The position numbers and the translations under genes were made by a program. From NCBI GenBank assembly GCA_051941275.1, contig JAVEBF010000036.1:1-41956 (forward strand): DNA of 41,956 nt, given 5' to 3'. Shown here piece by piece: positions 1 to 10,488 of the stretch (position 1 is its first letter; each line of letters begins with the position of its first letter). This DNA comes from Dirinaria sp. TL-2023a. Its lineage: Eukaryota. The notes under the pieces were generated by a model, which had not been told where the DNA came from, did no database searches, and saw only the letters and a program-made list of their open reading frames with translations.

Positions 1-302
1 TATTATAAGATCGATATTTTTATTCTTTTTTGATATTTGAGAAAATCTATTTACTGAGAATTTAGCGCGAGACTGAGATTAGTCACAAGAACAATTTTCG
101 AGATCAGAAGTTCTTCGAATTTCGATCGACTTTATTTTTCAGAGCTAGCTTTTTAAATCTCGATCGCACATTCGATGTAGTCTTTTCTACATCACGATTA
201 TAGAATCGAAATATTGTCATCGATGCTCTTATCGTGTGTTTTCGTAGAATAAACAAATTTATCGTCGCTCTTGACTGTGATCAGTGAGTTGACAGTTCTT
301 AT
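1..302. repeat. AT-rich, hypermutated (RIP-like) relic, probably the edge of a degraded repeat or transposon
   Basis: No CC or GG dinucleotide from 1 to 302 (first CC at 303), while CG, CA and TG are common; AT-rich; no ORF. Element identity cannot be read. Confidence 0.5.
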
Positions 303-1120
303 CCCTATTCGAGTTATCTATCTGATGATGTGTTTCTGTTTCACGTGCTTCGCCGCACCGTTATGCGCCTAGAACTCTTTCTCGATGCAGGACGGCTCAT
401 TCTGTAAAGTGGGTCGAAAGTCAGCAGCACGTCGTCTTAATATGTAGGACTCGTGAAGATGAGAGCCTATTAGAGTATCAAATCGGCTAAGGAGCTCCGA
501 AGCTAACAAAAGACAGATTGTTGCTGAACGGAGCTGAAAACGAGGCAGACAGATTGCTGATCAATGGTTCATTGCGATTCTGGTGTCATCTGCAGATAAG
601 TATCACTACCTGTACGAGACGGTATCGACATCAGCTAACTTCTGTAAAGTTATTACTGGTGCTCGGAACGATATGATGCATGTTCAATCCGTTTCCGCCT
701 TGTGCAATTCGAATTGCAGGCTTTATCGCAGCGACAGACCAATTCCCGAGTAGGTTTTCAGCTACAGCGGTATCACAAGACAAGAAAAGGAGGTCGATCT
801 GTCGCTTTCGCAGCGGCGCCCGACACGTCTCACGAAACAGTCTCCTTCACATCATTGGGCTATGCAGCTTTTTTTTTCTACTTATGGCTCGATCTTGCAC
901 TGGTTCGCCAAAGTCATGTCGCCGCTGATTTTTTTTCATCGGAATTCAAATTCACTAGTCTTGATACTCGATGCAGGCTTCGATTACGAAAGGTGCTGTG
1001 CCGCTCTATCATCCAAGGGAGTCTTGTACTGATTGAAATGCAGCACTCTTCTCCGTAGCTCAGACATATCTCAAGATTAGTAGTTCTATTAAATGTGTTG
1101 GTATTGAATGACTTGCCGCG

Positions 1121-2591
1121 ATGAGGCGCGACTAAGATCCGAGCTATGTGCTGGCTGCTGGTGTCGTCTTTCCCACTATTTGCATCATCTTTGTTAGTCT
1201 ACGATTCTACACGCGGAGTAGGCAGAAGTTAAAGTATGCTCTGGATGACTGACTTGCTTTTTGCGCAATGGTGAGTAAGCATTCATGAATTTGCTTCGTA
1301 ATGGTATCCCCTAAATGGTGAGAGTCACAGTGGATGGTTCTCGGATGTGGAGTATGTCTTATTGTCGGTAAATCTTCAATCAATCACCGGAGCGCCGACT
1401 GTCTTCTCACTTATGCTAGGCGTTAAGCTCAAAGGTCTTGGGTATCCAACGCCCTGGGCTGGTTTAGAGGGGAATCCAACTTACAGAACGTCCACGACTG
1501 CAGAGGTCTGTTTCATGCTTTTAGCTACCTTCGGTTAAAACCTTGAGGCTTAAGACTTCCTAGATTGAGTATGCCTCCTACATGATGCAGTCATTAGCCT
1601 TAGGCTTTACGAAGCTCAGCTTCATATTTTTTTACCGTCGCATTTTCGTTGCTGGAACGCTCGGTTCCATGTTTAGCGTTGCCACAATCATTGCTATAGG
1701 TATCGCTGCATCCTGGATGGTATCTTGGTTCTTTACCTACATGTTCATCTTCGGATCTCATCCTTCGGTTTACTGGGAATCGTTGCAAGCCTCAACGGCA
1801 CATTGCTTTAACACACCCAAAGCCTTAAATGCTTTTTCGATCTCCGACTTTCTGACGGATATCATGGTCTTGGTGTTGCCCATTCCCATGATAAGTTTTT
1901 GGAACTCCAAAATTGGGAGTAGATTCGGGACCAGCTGACAATTTGCCCCAGACCATTCAGCTTCACATGTCGACAGGCCAAAAAGCTGCTGTACTTTTGG
2001 TATTTGGCTTGGGCGCCGTGTAGGCACAGCTGTGTTCTGTTATCTCAGACCTCTCTGATGGTAGGATAGGGCAACGGTAGCGTCTGCTGTGAGGCTATCT
2101 ATCTTTGTGACTGCTTCTAGAAGTAAGTAGATTGTGATGGATTTCGAGTTAATACTAATGCTACTCTAGGGGTAAGAAAAGCTGGCTCAGACTACGATGG
2201 TAAATGACGCAAAGGACGGAGAGTCAGCATATACTTACTATGCGCGACAGTCATGGCTACCATCGGTCTTTACTGGAACGTTATCGAAGTTGGGCTGGCC
2301 CTCGTAGCTTGCTGCCTACCAAGCATCCATGATCTACTGGCTTCTTCTATCCGAAGTGTCTTTCAAAGTCTCCGGAGCGCAACGTATTTCAGATGTTTCG
2401 GCTTCAGCAGATCGAGCAACGCCAGAGGATGTCATATGCTTCATGGCCATGGATCTAAGCACAGTGGTTCTACGGCATCGAATATTGCAATAGTAAGAGG
2501 ACAGAACACCAATGTCGTCGAAGTGTATGCTTTGGAGGAGGGAACGAAGACATCGCAGGAAGCTCATTTCGATGCTCAAGACGGCGTTTGA
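1121..2591 (+). pseudogene. PTH11-like / fungal rhodopsin-domain integral membrane protein, disrupted
   Basis: Spliced reading gives MRRD*DPSYVLAAGVVFPTICIIFVSLRFYTR...ALDD*LAFCAM | ... | IEYASYMMQSLALGFTKLSFIFFYRRIF...DFLTDIMVLVLPIPM | ...QLHMSTGQKAAVLLVFGLG | ...YWNVIEVGLALVACCLP. These are the classic motifs (LRFYTR, DDW, KxS..FYRRIF, TD..L.LPIP, W..IE.....CLP). Lesions: TAA at 1133-1135, TGA replacing the DDW Trp at 1250-1252, and a donor site reading ATAAGT instead of GTAAGT at 1891. Confidence 0.85.
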
Positions 2592-4113
2592 TTTGACAAG
2601 ACGATCATTTTGAACAACAGTGCAGTCTGAGACCATCTCTCAGATTATGATTGGGCGTCAGAGGCTGGTGATGGACAAACTGTTCAGTCGTAGACTTTCG
2701 TCATTGTATCAGTGAATCAGAGCATGAAGGGATGGTGCTCTAAATACAACTAGGAAGCCCAGAATGTAATCGTGAATCGTCATCTCACGTGATCGCCACC
2801 AACTCCGCGTCAAGTCGAGTACCATACCTGGCACGCCATCAATTTCAACCTCAAGGCTGCCCTCTGGAGCACCTCTGACACCCTGCAATGTCTACCCTCT
2901 CACACTGCCTTTACGACTGAAGTATTGTCTCCAAACAGGCAATCGGATTCTTCTTCTTATTCTTAGGCAAATCATTAGTGATAATGCTAACATTGCCCTG
3001 ACTAGAATCAGCTAAATATGACTATCGTGGGTGCTCAGAATTCCCTTGAGAATAACTAGTTTCGTGTTATCGCCTCGTATATTGCCTCTGTGCGTTCGTG
3101 AACTCGTGATCTACATGAGGCTCTAACAAGCTCTTCGAATCCTCAAAGTGCAGTCGACAACACAGTTGAAATTCTGAGGCTCAAGATCTTATCACGAATC
3201 CCGTTTCCTACAGACGTGATCCTGTCAAAAAGGCTACAGCAAATTCGTATACTTATTCCTGTCGCGAGCTAAACTTTAAGCTCAAAAATTTGCATTTTCA
3301 AGAGGATCGAGAGAAAAGCAAATTATGATCAATTCAAAGCTGAAAAGAGTGTGGTTGACTGCTTACAGCGGGACGTATGGACATGCTCTCGAAAGTAGAA
3401 TGAAATTTGTTGGTGGATCTTCTTCACAACTCTACCTGTCTCGATCTTATTCGAGATCCCCAGGAGTGGAAATTTTAATCTACACAAGCTCAGACTGAGT
3501 TCAGATAGCGATAGTCTCTCATTCAATGCTGCAAACTCTGACAGTGGAAGTGAGCTAGATCTGGGGTAACTATTTCATATTCAATGATCGTCACGAATAT
3601 GCTTCGTAGCGATCAATTGCCCAGTATCCTGCAGGTCCTAAGCACAGACTCATCATATCAGAGGAGGAAGCAATAGCAAACCCGCTTTGAAGAAGTCGAA
3701 ATCAAAGGTCTGAGCAGCATAAGTGGCGACTGTAGCCTTAAATGCAAAGAGAACAATCCCTTGGCTGAAGGAAATCAGCTCGGTGAACGCCAGCGAAGTC
3801 GATTGACCAAGCAGAGAAATAGCGGAATTTGCTTGCAGATTGTAGTCGCGCCTTCAGAAATAATGTGTGTGTCACAATTTGTGTCTTTTCTTCATTCTGT
3901 CAATGGATATGTCTCATGAGCTGCGTGGTTATCGATGGTATTCGATGTGATGTCTTCAGCTTTCGAACTTCGAAAGTGAATTAGAAGAGGGGGCTCAATA
4001 TCCTTACGACGAAGAAATCCTGCAGAGTATCGTAGTCACACTGCATATGTGCTCCAATTCCCTTAATCATAAGCTAATCCAGCTTCTCAATATACCAAAA
4101 CCCAAACTTCACA

Positions 4114-5520
4114 ATGTCCTCAATAATGTGTGGCAAGCCGTCGAACGATGAGGAGAGGGATTCTGGTATTTCACTACTCTTATTCTCATCGTGCAAAAAC
4201 ACGTTTGAACCAAACACAGACTGGCTGGACGGTCTTTCTCCTGCTCACCCACTTTTTGATGATGCCGCCCGAATTGAGGAGATTGTGCAATCCCTTAAAG
4301 AAGAGTTGCTCGATGCTATACTCTCGGGCTGCACCATCCTACTCCAACGGACTCCCGGCCACATCTCGTTTCCCATACTCGAGGAGAGTCTCAAGACCTA
4401 CCGATCCCTATGGAAGGCCATCATCTCCGTTCAGAAGTATGGGGTCATCTATTTCTCGAGTAGGGCGGACGCTAGAATTTTTCGCCCACTGTATCTGGCA
4501 GAGACGAGCCTAAGCTCCCACATTGACCGCTTCCTTCGAGAAAATCATAACTTCCACAGGACAGTCAACTACGCCGTCCACTACTTCATCAATAAAGTCA
4601 CGAACAAAGTCATCTATCCACCCAAGGTTGTGCCACCAAATGCAATCTCTTCTGTTGGCTTCAGGCACTTTGCTGTGCGTAAGAAGGATTTTACCTTGAC
4701 GTGCAGCGAAGCTCTGCTAGATGACACCTCAGTCATGTGGGATTTGCATGACTTCGCACACCAAACAGCCGCCAGCCTCTCACCTGAGTTATATGGTTCG
4801 AAATACTTCTCGCACTTGCAATTCCTACCTCCTCGTGCAACGGCCGTCATCCGGTCTCCAGGGTTGCATTCCGCCGATAACGGCCTCAAGATCTCTGATG
4901 GGCTGGTATTTAGCGAGTTATTGACTGGTTTATACACTATCGAGGTCGAGAAGGTATTGGAGGGTTCAACGCAGCATACATATGCTTCGCTCGAACTCAC
5001 ACTTGCAACAGCAGTCGCCGAATACCTCCTGGGGGAGCGGAGCTTACTCCACCCGTCGACAGGCAAGATGCTCCAGCTTGAGTCCAAGATCAGTTTACCC
5101 CAATTGGCAGTGCTGGTGCAGAACAAGGCATACGAGCTCACCGCATCCGAGATCGAGCAGCGCGTCTTTACTCGTGGAGGTCCAGAGGGCGATGCAAGGG
5201 ACCTCCTCGACAAGATGGACACGGCTCAGAGATTAGAAACACTGGCTTCTAGTCGAGAGTGGATGTATTTTGAGGTCCGTAATACCGTCAAGCACCGGGC
5301 TCATAAGACTGCATACCGACAAGTCGCTGAGACGTATCGGAGGCAGCCCAGGTGGCAGTCGCATGACGATGCACAGCTGCTTAGTGCGATACTATCTGCG
5401 CTTGACTATGAGGACTGGAAAGGTGATGGGCCACCCAATCTGTGGGCTTTGGTTGCTGAGCTTCGGTGTTTTGAGCCGCCGGAGACAACATTATCGAGCG
5501 TGGCGAGCATTAGCAGTTAG
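4114..5520 (+). CDS. Intronless 468-aa protein of unknown function with a putative metal-binding WDLHDFAH motif
   Basis: Long uninterrupted ORF with fungal start context (cacaATG) and globular composition; WDLHDFAH, SDGLVFSELL, YELTASEIE and KHRAH segments. Family not recognised. Confidence 0.85.
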   Translation: MSSIMCGKPSNDEERDSGISLLLFSSCKNTFEPNTDWLDGLSPAHPLFDDAARIEEIVQSLKEELLDAILSGCTILLQRTPGHISFPILEESLKTYRSLWKAIISVQKYGVIYFSSRADARIFRPLYLAETSLSSHIDRFLRENHNFHRTVNYAVHYFINKVTNKVIYPPKVVPPNAISSVGFRHFAVRKKDFTLTCSEALLDDTSVMWDLHDFAHQTAASLSPELYGSKYFSHLQFLPPRATAVIRSPGLHSADNGLKISDGLVFSELLTGLYTIEVEKVLEGSTQHTYASLELTLATAVAEYLLGERSLLHPSTGKMLQLESKISLPQLAVLVQNKAYELTASEIEQRVFTRGGPEGDARDLLDKMDTAQRLETLASSREWMYFEVRNTVKHRAHKTAYRQVAETYRRQPRWQSHDDAQLLSAILSALDYEDWKGDGPPNLWALVAELRCFEPPETTLSSVASISS

Positions 5521-5979
5521 ATCAATACAGCATTCTAGTCTATAGAATCCACATGATCCATATCATCGACTTCGACACGTTTAATCGTGAATTCGTGACT
5601 TGTACAGAATGATACATCGACATATGCCCAAGATCCATTAGTCGCTGATCGCTCTTTATTGATGGATCCTGTGACTATGCTTAGCATGTGGATGAAACAC
5701 ATACAGAATCGATTACGATTTACCAGTATTTGCCATCAGCTAGTCCGAGACAATTCGAAGACTCTGCGATGCATCCTGATTTTAAGTCAGTTGGTATTCC
5801 CGATGATGCAGACTGGTCGAGAGTATCCTGAGTAGCTTTTCTATTTTCGGGTAAAGCAGCAAAAGCCCAAACTCAATCTACGTCGTAGGACGATAGTGTT
5901 GAGAGCTTGATTGCGGCTCTGCAGCTTCTCTTTACAGTATGAATCCAAATGATCTGACTGAATTTTAATATCAAGGCTA

Positions 5980-6705
5980 CTATAGCAAACCCGACACCTC
6001 GCCAAGATTCCCAACTATGAAATCCGGCTTCAGTTGTCTACACTTTTCCTGCTCACCATACCCATAACTACACCACACGCTCCTCCCCCCAATATTTTGC
6101 GCATACTTGATATCAGCCTCTGTGTCGCCCACAACAAGAACATTCGCCGCTTGCAAATTCACGATTCCTGCCCGCGCTGGCGTCGACTGCTCAAATGTCG
6201 GCTTTATCGCCATGTTCCAGCTCTCTGGGTCTGGCTTCCGCGGACAATTGGCCGGTTCGCCGTCTCCAACAACAAGCTCAACGAGCGAGGAGATTCGGTT
6301 GACGATGAGGATATCACGCACTGCGGCGATGCCTTTGTTCGAGAGGATCGCGCAAGGAACTGACTGTGCCTGCAAGTCACTAAGCAGCTCATGTACATGT
6401 GCGAAAGGCTTGATAAGGGGGCTGCCGTGCGTCATGTACAGCAAGCGGTATTCGGTGAGGAATTTGTCCAAGAGTGCGGGATCCAGATCTGGCACGCTGG
6501 ACGACGAAGGATAGAGCTGTTTGATGGTCTGGGGAAGAGAAAGTCCCGCAGAAATTGATGCGGCGATAGCTGCCTCTGACGGAGGGGGGACATCAGGTGG
6601 AAGAAGCTGCGAGAATGTGATGGACAGCGTGTGAGCGATTGATTCGTGGGTGTCAAAGAGGGTTCCGTCAAAATCGAAGATGACCAGACCCGTTGAAGAA
6701 GGCAT
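5980..6705 (-). CDS. HAD-superfamily phosphatase (phosphoglycolate phosphatase/Gph-like, cap subclass I), intronless
   Basis: Motif I VIFDFDGTLFDT, motif II LSNK, motif III RKPDP, motif IV VVGDTEAD, and a CSYGYG tail typical of Gph-like HADs. Confidence 0.92.
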   Translation of the reverse strand: MPSSTGLVIFDFDGTLFDTHESIAHTLSITFSQLLPPDVPPPSEAAIAASISAGLSLPQTIKQLYPSSSSVPDLDPALLDKFLTEYRLLYMTHGSPLIKPFAHVHELLSDLQAQSVPCAILSNKGIAAVRDILIVNRISSLVELVVGDGEPANCPRKPDPESWNMAIKPTFEQSTPARAGIVNLQAANVLVVGDTEADIKYAQNIGGRSVWCSYGYGEQEKCRQLKPDFIVGNLGEVSGLL

Positions 6706-7401
6706 GGTCGTGAGGAGGAAGGAATCAGTTCCTGAGTGACCAGGTACTGATGCTGAGATCGTATTAGCTTATTTGGGTATCTACCACAACAATGCCAAAT
6801 CTGTGAAGCTTTGAGTGCAGTACATTATGGCTGCAGCGGATCGGCCTGCGCCTTGGAAATCCTCCTCCTCGATCCTGACCGCTCATGCGGAGTTAGAGTT
6901 TGTGTGTGTAATCAAGCCTCTAAGATTCGACAACTTACAGAAGCTTTTAAATCGTATGCAGTTGAGAATCCGATTTCTATCTTTGACGTCAGAATTAACA
7001 TGATTTGCCACGCATGTATGAGTTGCCTAGAAACATACTTTACTACATGAAAACCGAGAAAGATGCTAGAAGAAAAAAAAGAATAATTTCGGGACGCCTG
7101 AAGGCTTGGGACCGGGAATCGCGATCCGCTCCGATCGAAACTTTGATTCGGTCCGACCCGATCTTAGTCGGTTCTGCAACGAAGCGCGTCTGTGAAGTGA
7201 ATTCGTACTTTCGTAGCTGATCGAGAGGCTTTGACTAGTGAGTAATTGAATATGGTAGTATTCCAAACCCGTAGATCAACATCTTCCTGCAGACATTTCC
7301 CATCAAGCTTTCCCATTCCACCTCGCAGTGAGCGCTCAGCGTAAACTGTAGGTACGAGCAGCTTCCTTCCCAAATTTCCTTCTTTACCCAAATCGCCCGC
7401 C

Positions 7402-8124
7402 ATGTCATCAAGAGCACCCATTTACCTTCTTTCCAGCAGAGATCCCTCTATTCTCACCTTGTTCACTACTTTCTTATCCGCCAACGCAACTCCTCCCATG
7501 ACCATACAAGTCGTGACGGAAATTTCTAAACGTGTCGTCCACGCCTTTTTAGACTCACAAAACCTACCTGCTTCGACCCAAGTAACGCTGATTCCTGTCC
7601 TCCGAGCTGGCTTGCCGATGTATGTTGCAGCGAGTCCAATCTTCCCCAACAGCGACACAGCGTTGGTACAATGCTCCAAAGACAAATCCACGCATGGCCA
7701 TGATAGCGTGCGAGTGGAATGGATGGGCACAAATCCCACCGAAGCTGCGTTGCGCCCCGCTTTCTCGAAGGAGCGGCGCATGGTCATCCTCGACACGATT
7801 CTAGCAACTGGTGACACTCTTCTCAAGTTCTGCGATGAACTATTGGACATAGACGGCCCAGAAAGACATATCACAGTCCTCTGCTGTTACGCGTCTCCTC
7901 AGGCTCTAGCCGCTGTGGCACACCACCGAGCCGTGCACTCAGTTTTTGTAGCACATGAGGCAGAGACTGTGGACGATGACGGTTATCTCGTTCCGTACAC
8001 AAATGGAGACGTAGGCGATAAATTGTTCGGGAAGAAACAGAAAATCTGTCTTGAAGATGATCCGTTCATGCAAAATAGTGAGATTAACGAAACATGTCAA
8101 GTTGGTCTGAAGTTTGAAGGCTAG
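7402..8124 (+). CDS. Uracil phosphoribosyltransferase-like type I PRTase (divergent), intronless
   Basis: IPVLRAGLPM matches the UPRT motif ILRAG; PRPP loop VILDTILATGDT (canonical DPMLATGGS); C-terminal DGYLVPYTNGDVGDKLFG (canonical GYIVPGLGDAGDRLFG). Confidence 0.85.
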   Translation: MSSRAPIYLLSSRDPSILTLFTTFLSANATPPMTIQVVTEISKRVVHAFLDSQNLPASTQVTLIPVLRAGLPMYVAASPIFPNSDTALVQCSKDKSTHGHDSVRVEWMGTNPTEAALRPAFSKERRMVILDTILATGDTLLKFCDELLDIDGPERHITVLCCYASPQALAAVAHHRAVHSVFVAHEAETVDDDGYLVPYTNGDVGDKLFGKKQKICLEDDPFMQNSEINETCQVGLKFEG

Positions 8125-8437
8125 GAAGGCTGCTCAGTGAAGAGAGTGTGTTGCAATCTAGGAATGTCTTAGCGGTTCAGCCACCTTCTCAACACCTTCT
8201 CAACATTCTTGTTAGTCACTCATATAAGCGAGCTCAGACAGCCTTCCAAACCTTCACGATACCTCGAATTCTTTGGGCGCCTCTACAACTCGCGCCATCT
8301 AGTACGAATAATCTCATGATTGGCTTGAGGGATTAGGAAACCAGAATCTACGTCTTTAACATTTACCTTCACTCAAGTCACGTCGAAGCAGATACCAGAT
8401 ATTTGCCGTCGCCCTTACTGGATCTGTCCCGTCCACC

Positions 8438-8775
8438 ATGCCTGCTCAACAAGTCAAACGCTACGTCGATAAAGAAACCAACAAAGTCGGTGTGTTGGTC
8501 TCCCGTTGGTATGGTGCTGGATAGTCCAGCTGGGCACCACAGGGCAAAGCCCAGGAGATTGCGGCCTTAGACCACGAGATTGTCAAAGCCATGCTTAACA
8601 GAGACCTGCCAGAAGCGGTGCGGATTGCCGAAGCCAAGATCCCAGGTTTCTATGGTGGTGGAGCGAAAAGATTGCACGTTGTATGGATGGATCCAGGAGA
8701 AGAATTCCAAATTTTGGAATACGACGATTCGAGTCGTTGATTCTGAAGCGGGATTGCGAATGGCTCAGGGCTTGA
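8438..8775 (+). pseudogene. Disrupted small intronless gene (about 112 codons) resembling a hypothetical protein family common in phages
   Basis: MPAQQVKRYVDKETNKVGVLVSRWYGAG*SSWAP...LDHEIVKAML...FYGGGAKRLHVVWMDPGEEFQILEYD, then a 1-nt frameshift near 8726-8728, then FESLILKRDCEWLRA*. The TAG at 8522-8524 sits where GAGW is expected. Not in the ORF track; family resemblance is from recall. Confidence 0.7.
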
Positions 8776-10488
8776 AGACGAGGGGCATCTAATCAGCGGA
8801 GGTGGACCTCATGTTGAAAATCAATATTTCTCGAGAAAGACGTATCACTGTCTGCTGTTTGTCGACGATCGTAGGTCCATTACCAAGTCACAAAGCAGTC
8901 TATGAACTAAGCGCAGGACCCCAAGAGATAGTTTCACTTATGTTGGTCACCCTTTTCCTACATAATCGAGAAGACCTATGCTAAGTCGCTTTCAGAGCAG
9001 TCAAAGCAAAGACGTGATGCGACCAAGCGCCTTAGACAATGCGAGACAAGCCTACCTCACCTTGACAAAGACAATCAGACAGACATTTGAAAGGGGGTCA
9101 AGTCATCGTAATAAGTGCAGAGTGAGGTCAACCTTTCTTTGATAGACTTTAGGATAGGCAGAGTGATGGAAATTAGACTTCGGATCTCAGCTTATCTCAA
9201 GGACGAATCAAATATGTTGTGTGACTGAATGATAGCTGGAAAATGTTCAAGTCATGTTGTGTTGCTTCTGATATTTTGCTCTCGACAGTGCTTCCCGATT
9301 AGACTTCCTCTATTGCTCTTGATTAAGTTCATGGTTTCCTTCCTTCTAATACGCTGAAGTCACATGCAAATAGATATTATACTACTCAACGCACTCACAA
9401 CAGATGAGGACGGAAAAGGACAGATCTGGATTCTTAGAGCGATCTGGTCACTCTGTCCACAAACTCAATGTATCGAAGATATATGCCAACGCCCACGCCG
9501 AACAAAGTACTCGGTTGTATCAAGAGAAGAATAAGTTTGACACACGTAACTAATCGGACGACGATGCCAGTATTATTTGGCAGATCTTGAGAGCAAGTCT
9601 CCAAAACAAAGGCAGGAGCATAAGTGTATATCAGACATCGTTCATCGCAAAGTACGTAAATTATATCAGTCACACTTACTCATATCTAGACTCCGTACTG
9701 ATAAGAACAAAAACAAATTTAGAGACCGTGATCATTTGCGAGACAATTTGCGTCGCACTGTCTCTGGCTGCGTCTCTGAAAACGCTCAGCTGGTGTTACT
9801 TTAAGACGGCAGAGTGTTTTCGAAGGCTTTGTATGCGAGCAAGCAGCGATAAATCAATACATGTGTACACTGTCAGCTACGACGAGTTAGATGTCTTAGT
9901 CAAGTTAGTAACCCGGACTTCGGTGGCAGGAAGGGCCATCGCAAGTATTCGTGATGGACGCCAAAGGCTAACGTTTTGATGCGTGCTCGATCCACTCCTT
10001 GTGAGCTAGTATTTCTTAATCCTGGGTGTTTGAAATCATGCGCTCATCTTCTACTCAAATTGCCAATACTAGCTTTCTAGTAGGCTCGCTTTGCTCTCCG
10101 CGGATTCAGAAGTCAGTTCGTATTGACTCCAAGTAATAGTCAGCACGAGTGTGGAGGTATGTCATTCATGTATCCCTCATGACAACTGTATACGACAGTT
10201 TTCATAGATGAATAAATAGAGCACCTGCAGCCTCACCTCTGGCTTTTACGTTAATATTCTCTGCTTCAGTATCGAATTCCATATGTCATTGCTGAAGCTC
10301 TTTTGCTCATCAATTCACATCAAGTATCAGCCGCATATTCAAAGGAAGTCATTGGCGCTAGGCGCAGCATGTTTGGAGGAAAATTTTGCTTGCTATCTAG
10401 ACGCTTCTGGCGCCAGCGAGGCCCAAAATCAATGTACAAGACCTTGACCAATGCCAGTCCCATAGGACATCCAAAGCACGGCTGAAGA

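Noticed and set aside
3018..3570. Possible relic reading frame (MTIVGAQNSLENN*FRVIASY...) with several stops
   Set aside because: No recognisable motif; cannot be distinguished from intergenic sequence without a search.
7108..7172. Cluster of CCG/CGG triplets in the HAD/UPRT divergent spacer, like Zn2Cys6 binding sites
   Set aside because: No regular spacing, and no transcription factor gene in the window; too weak to call.
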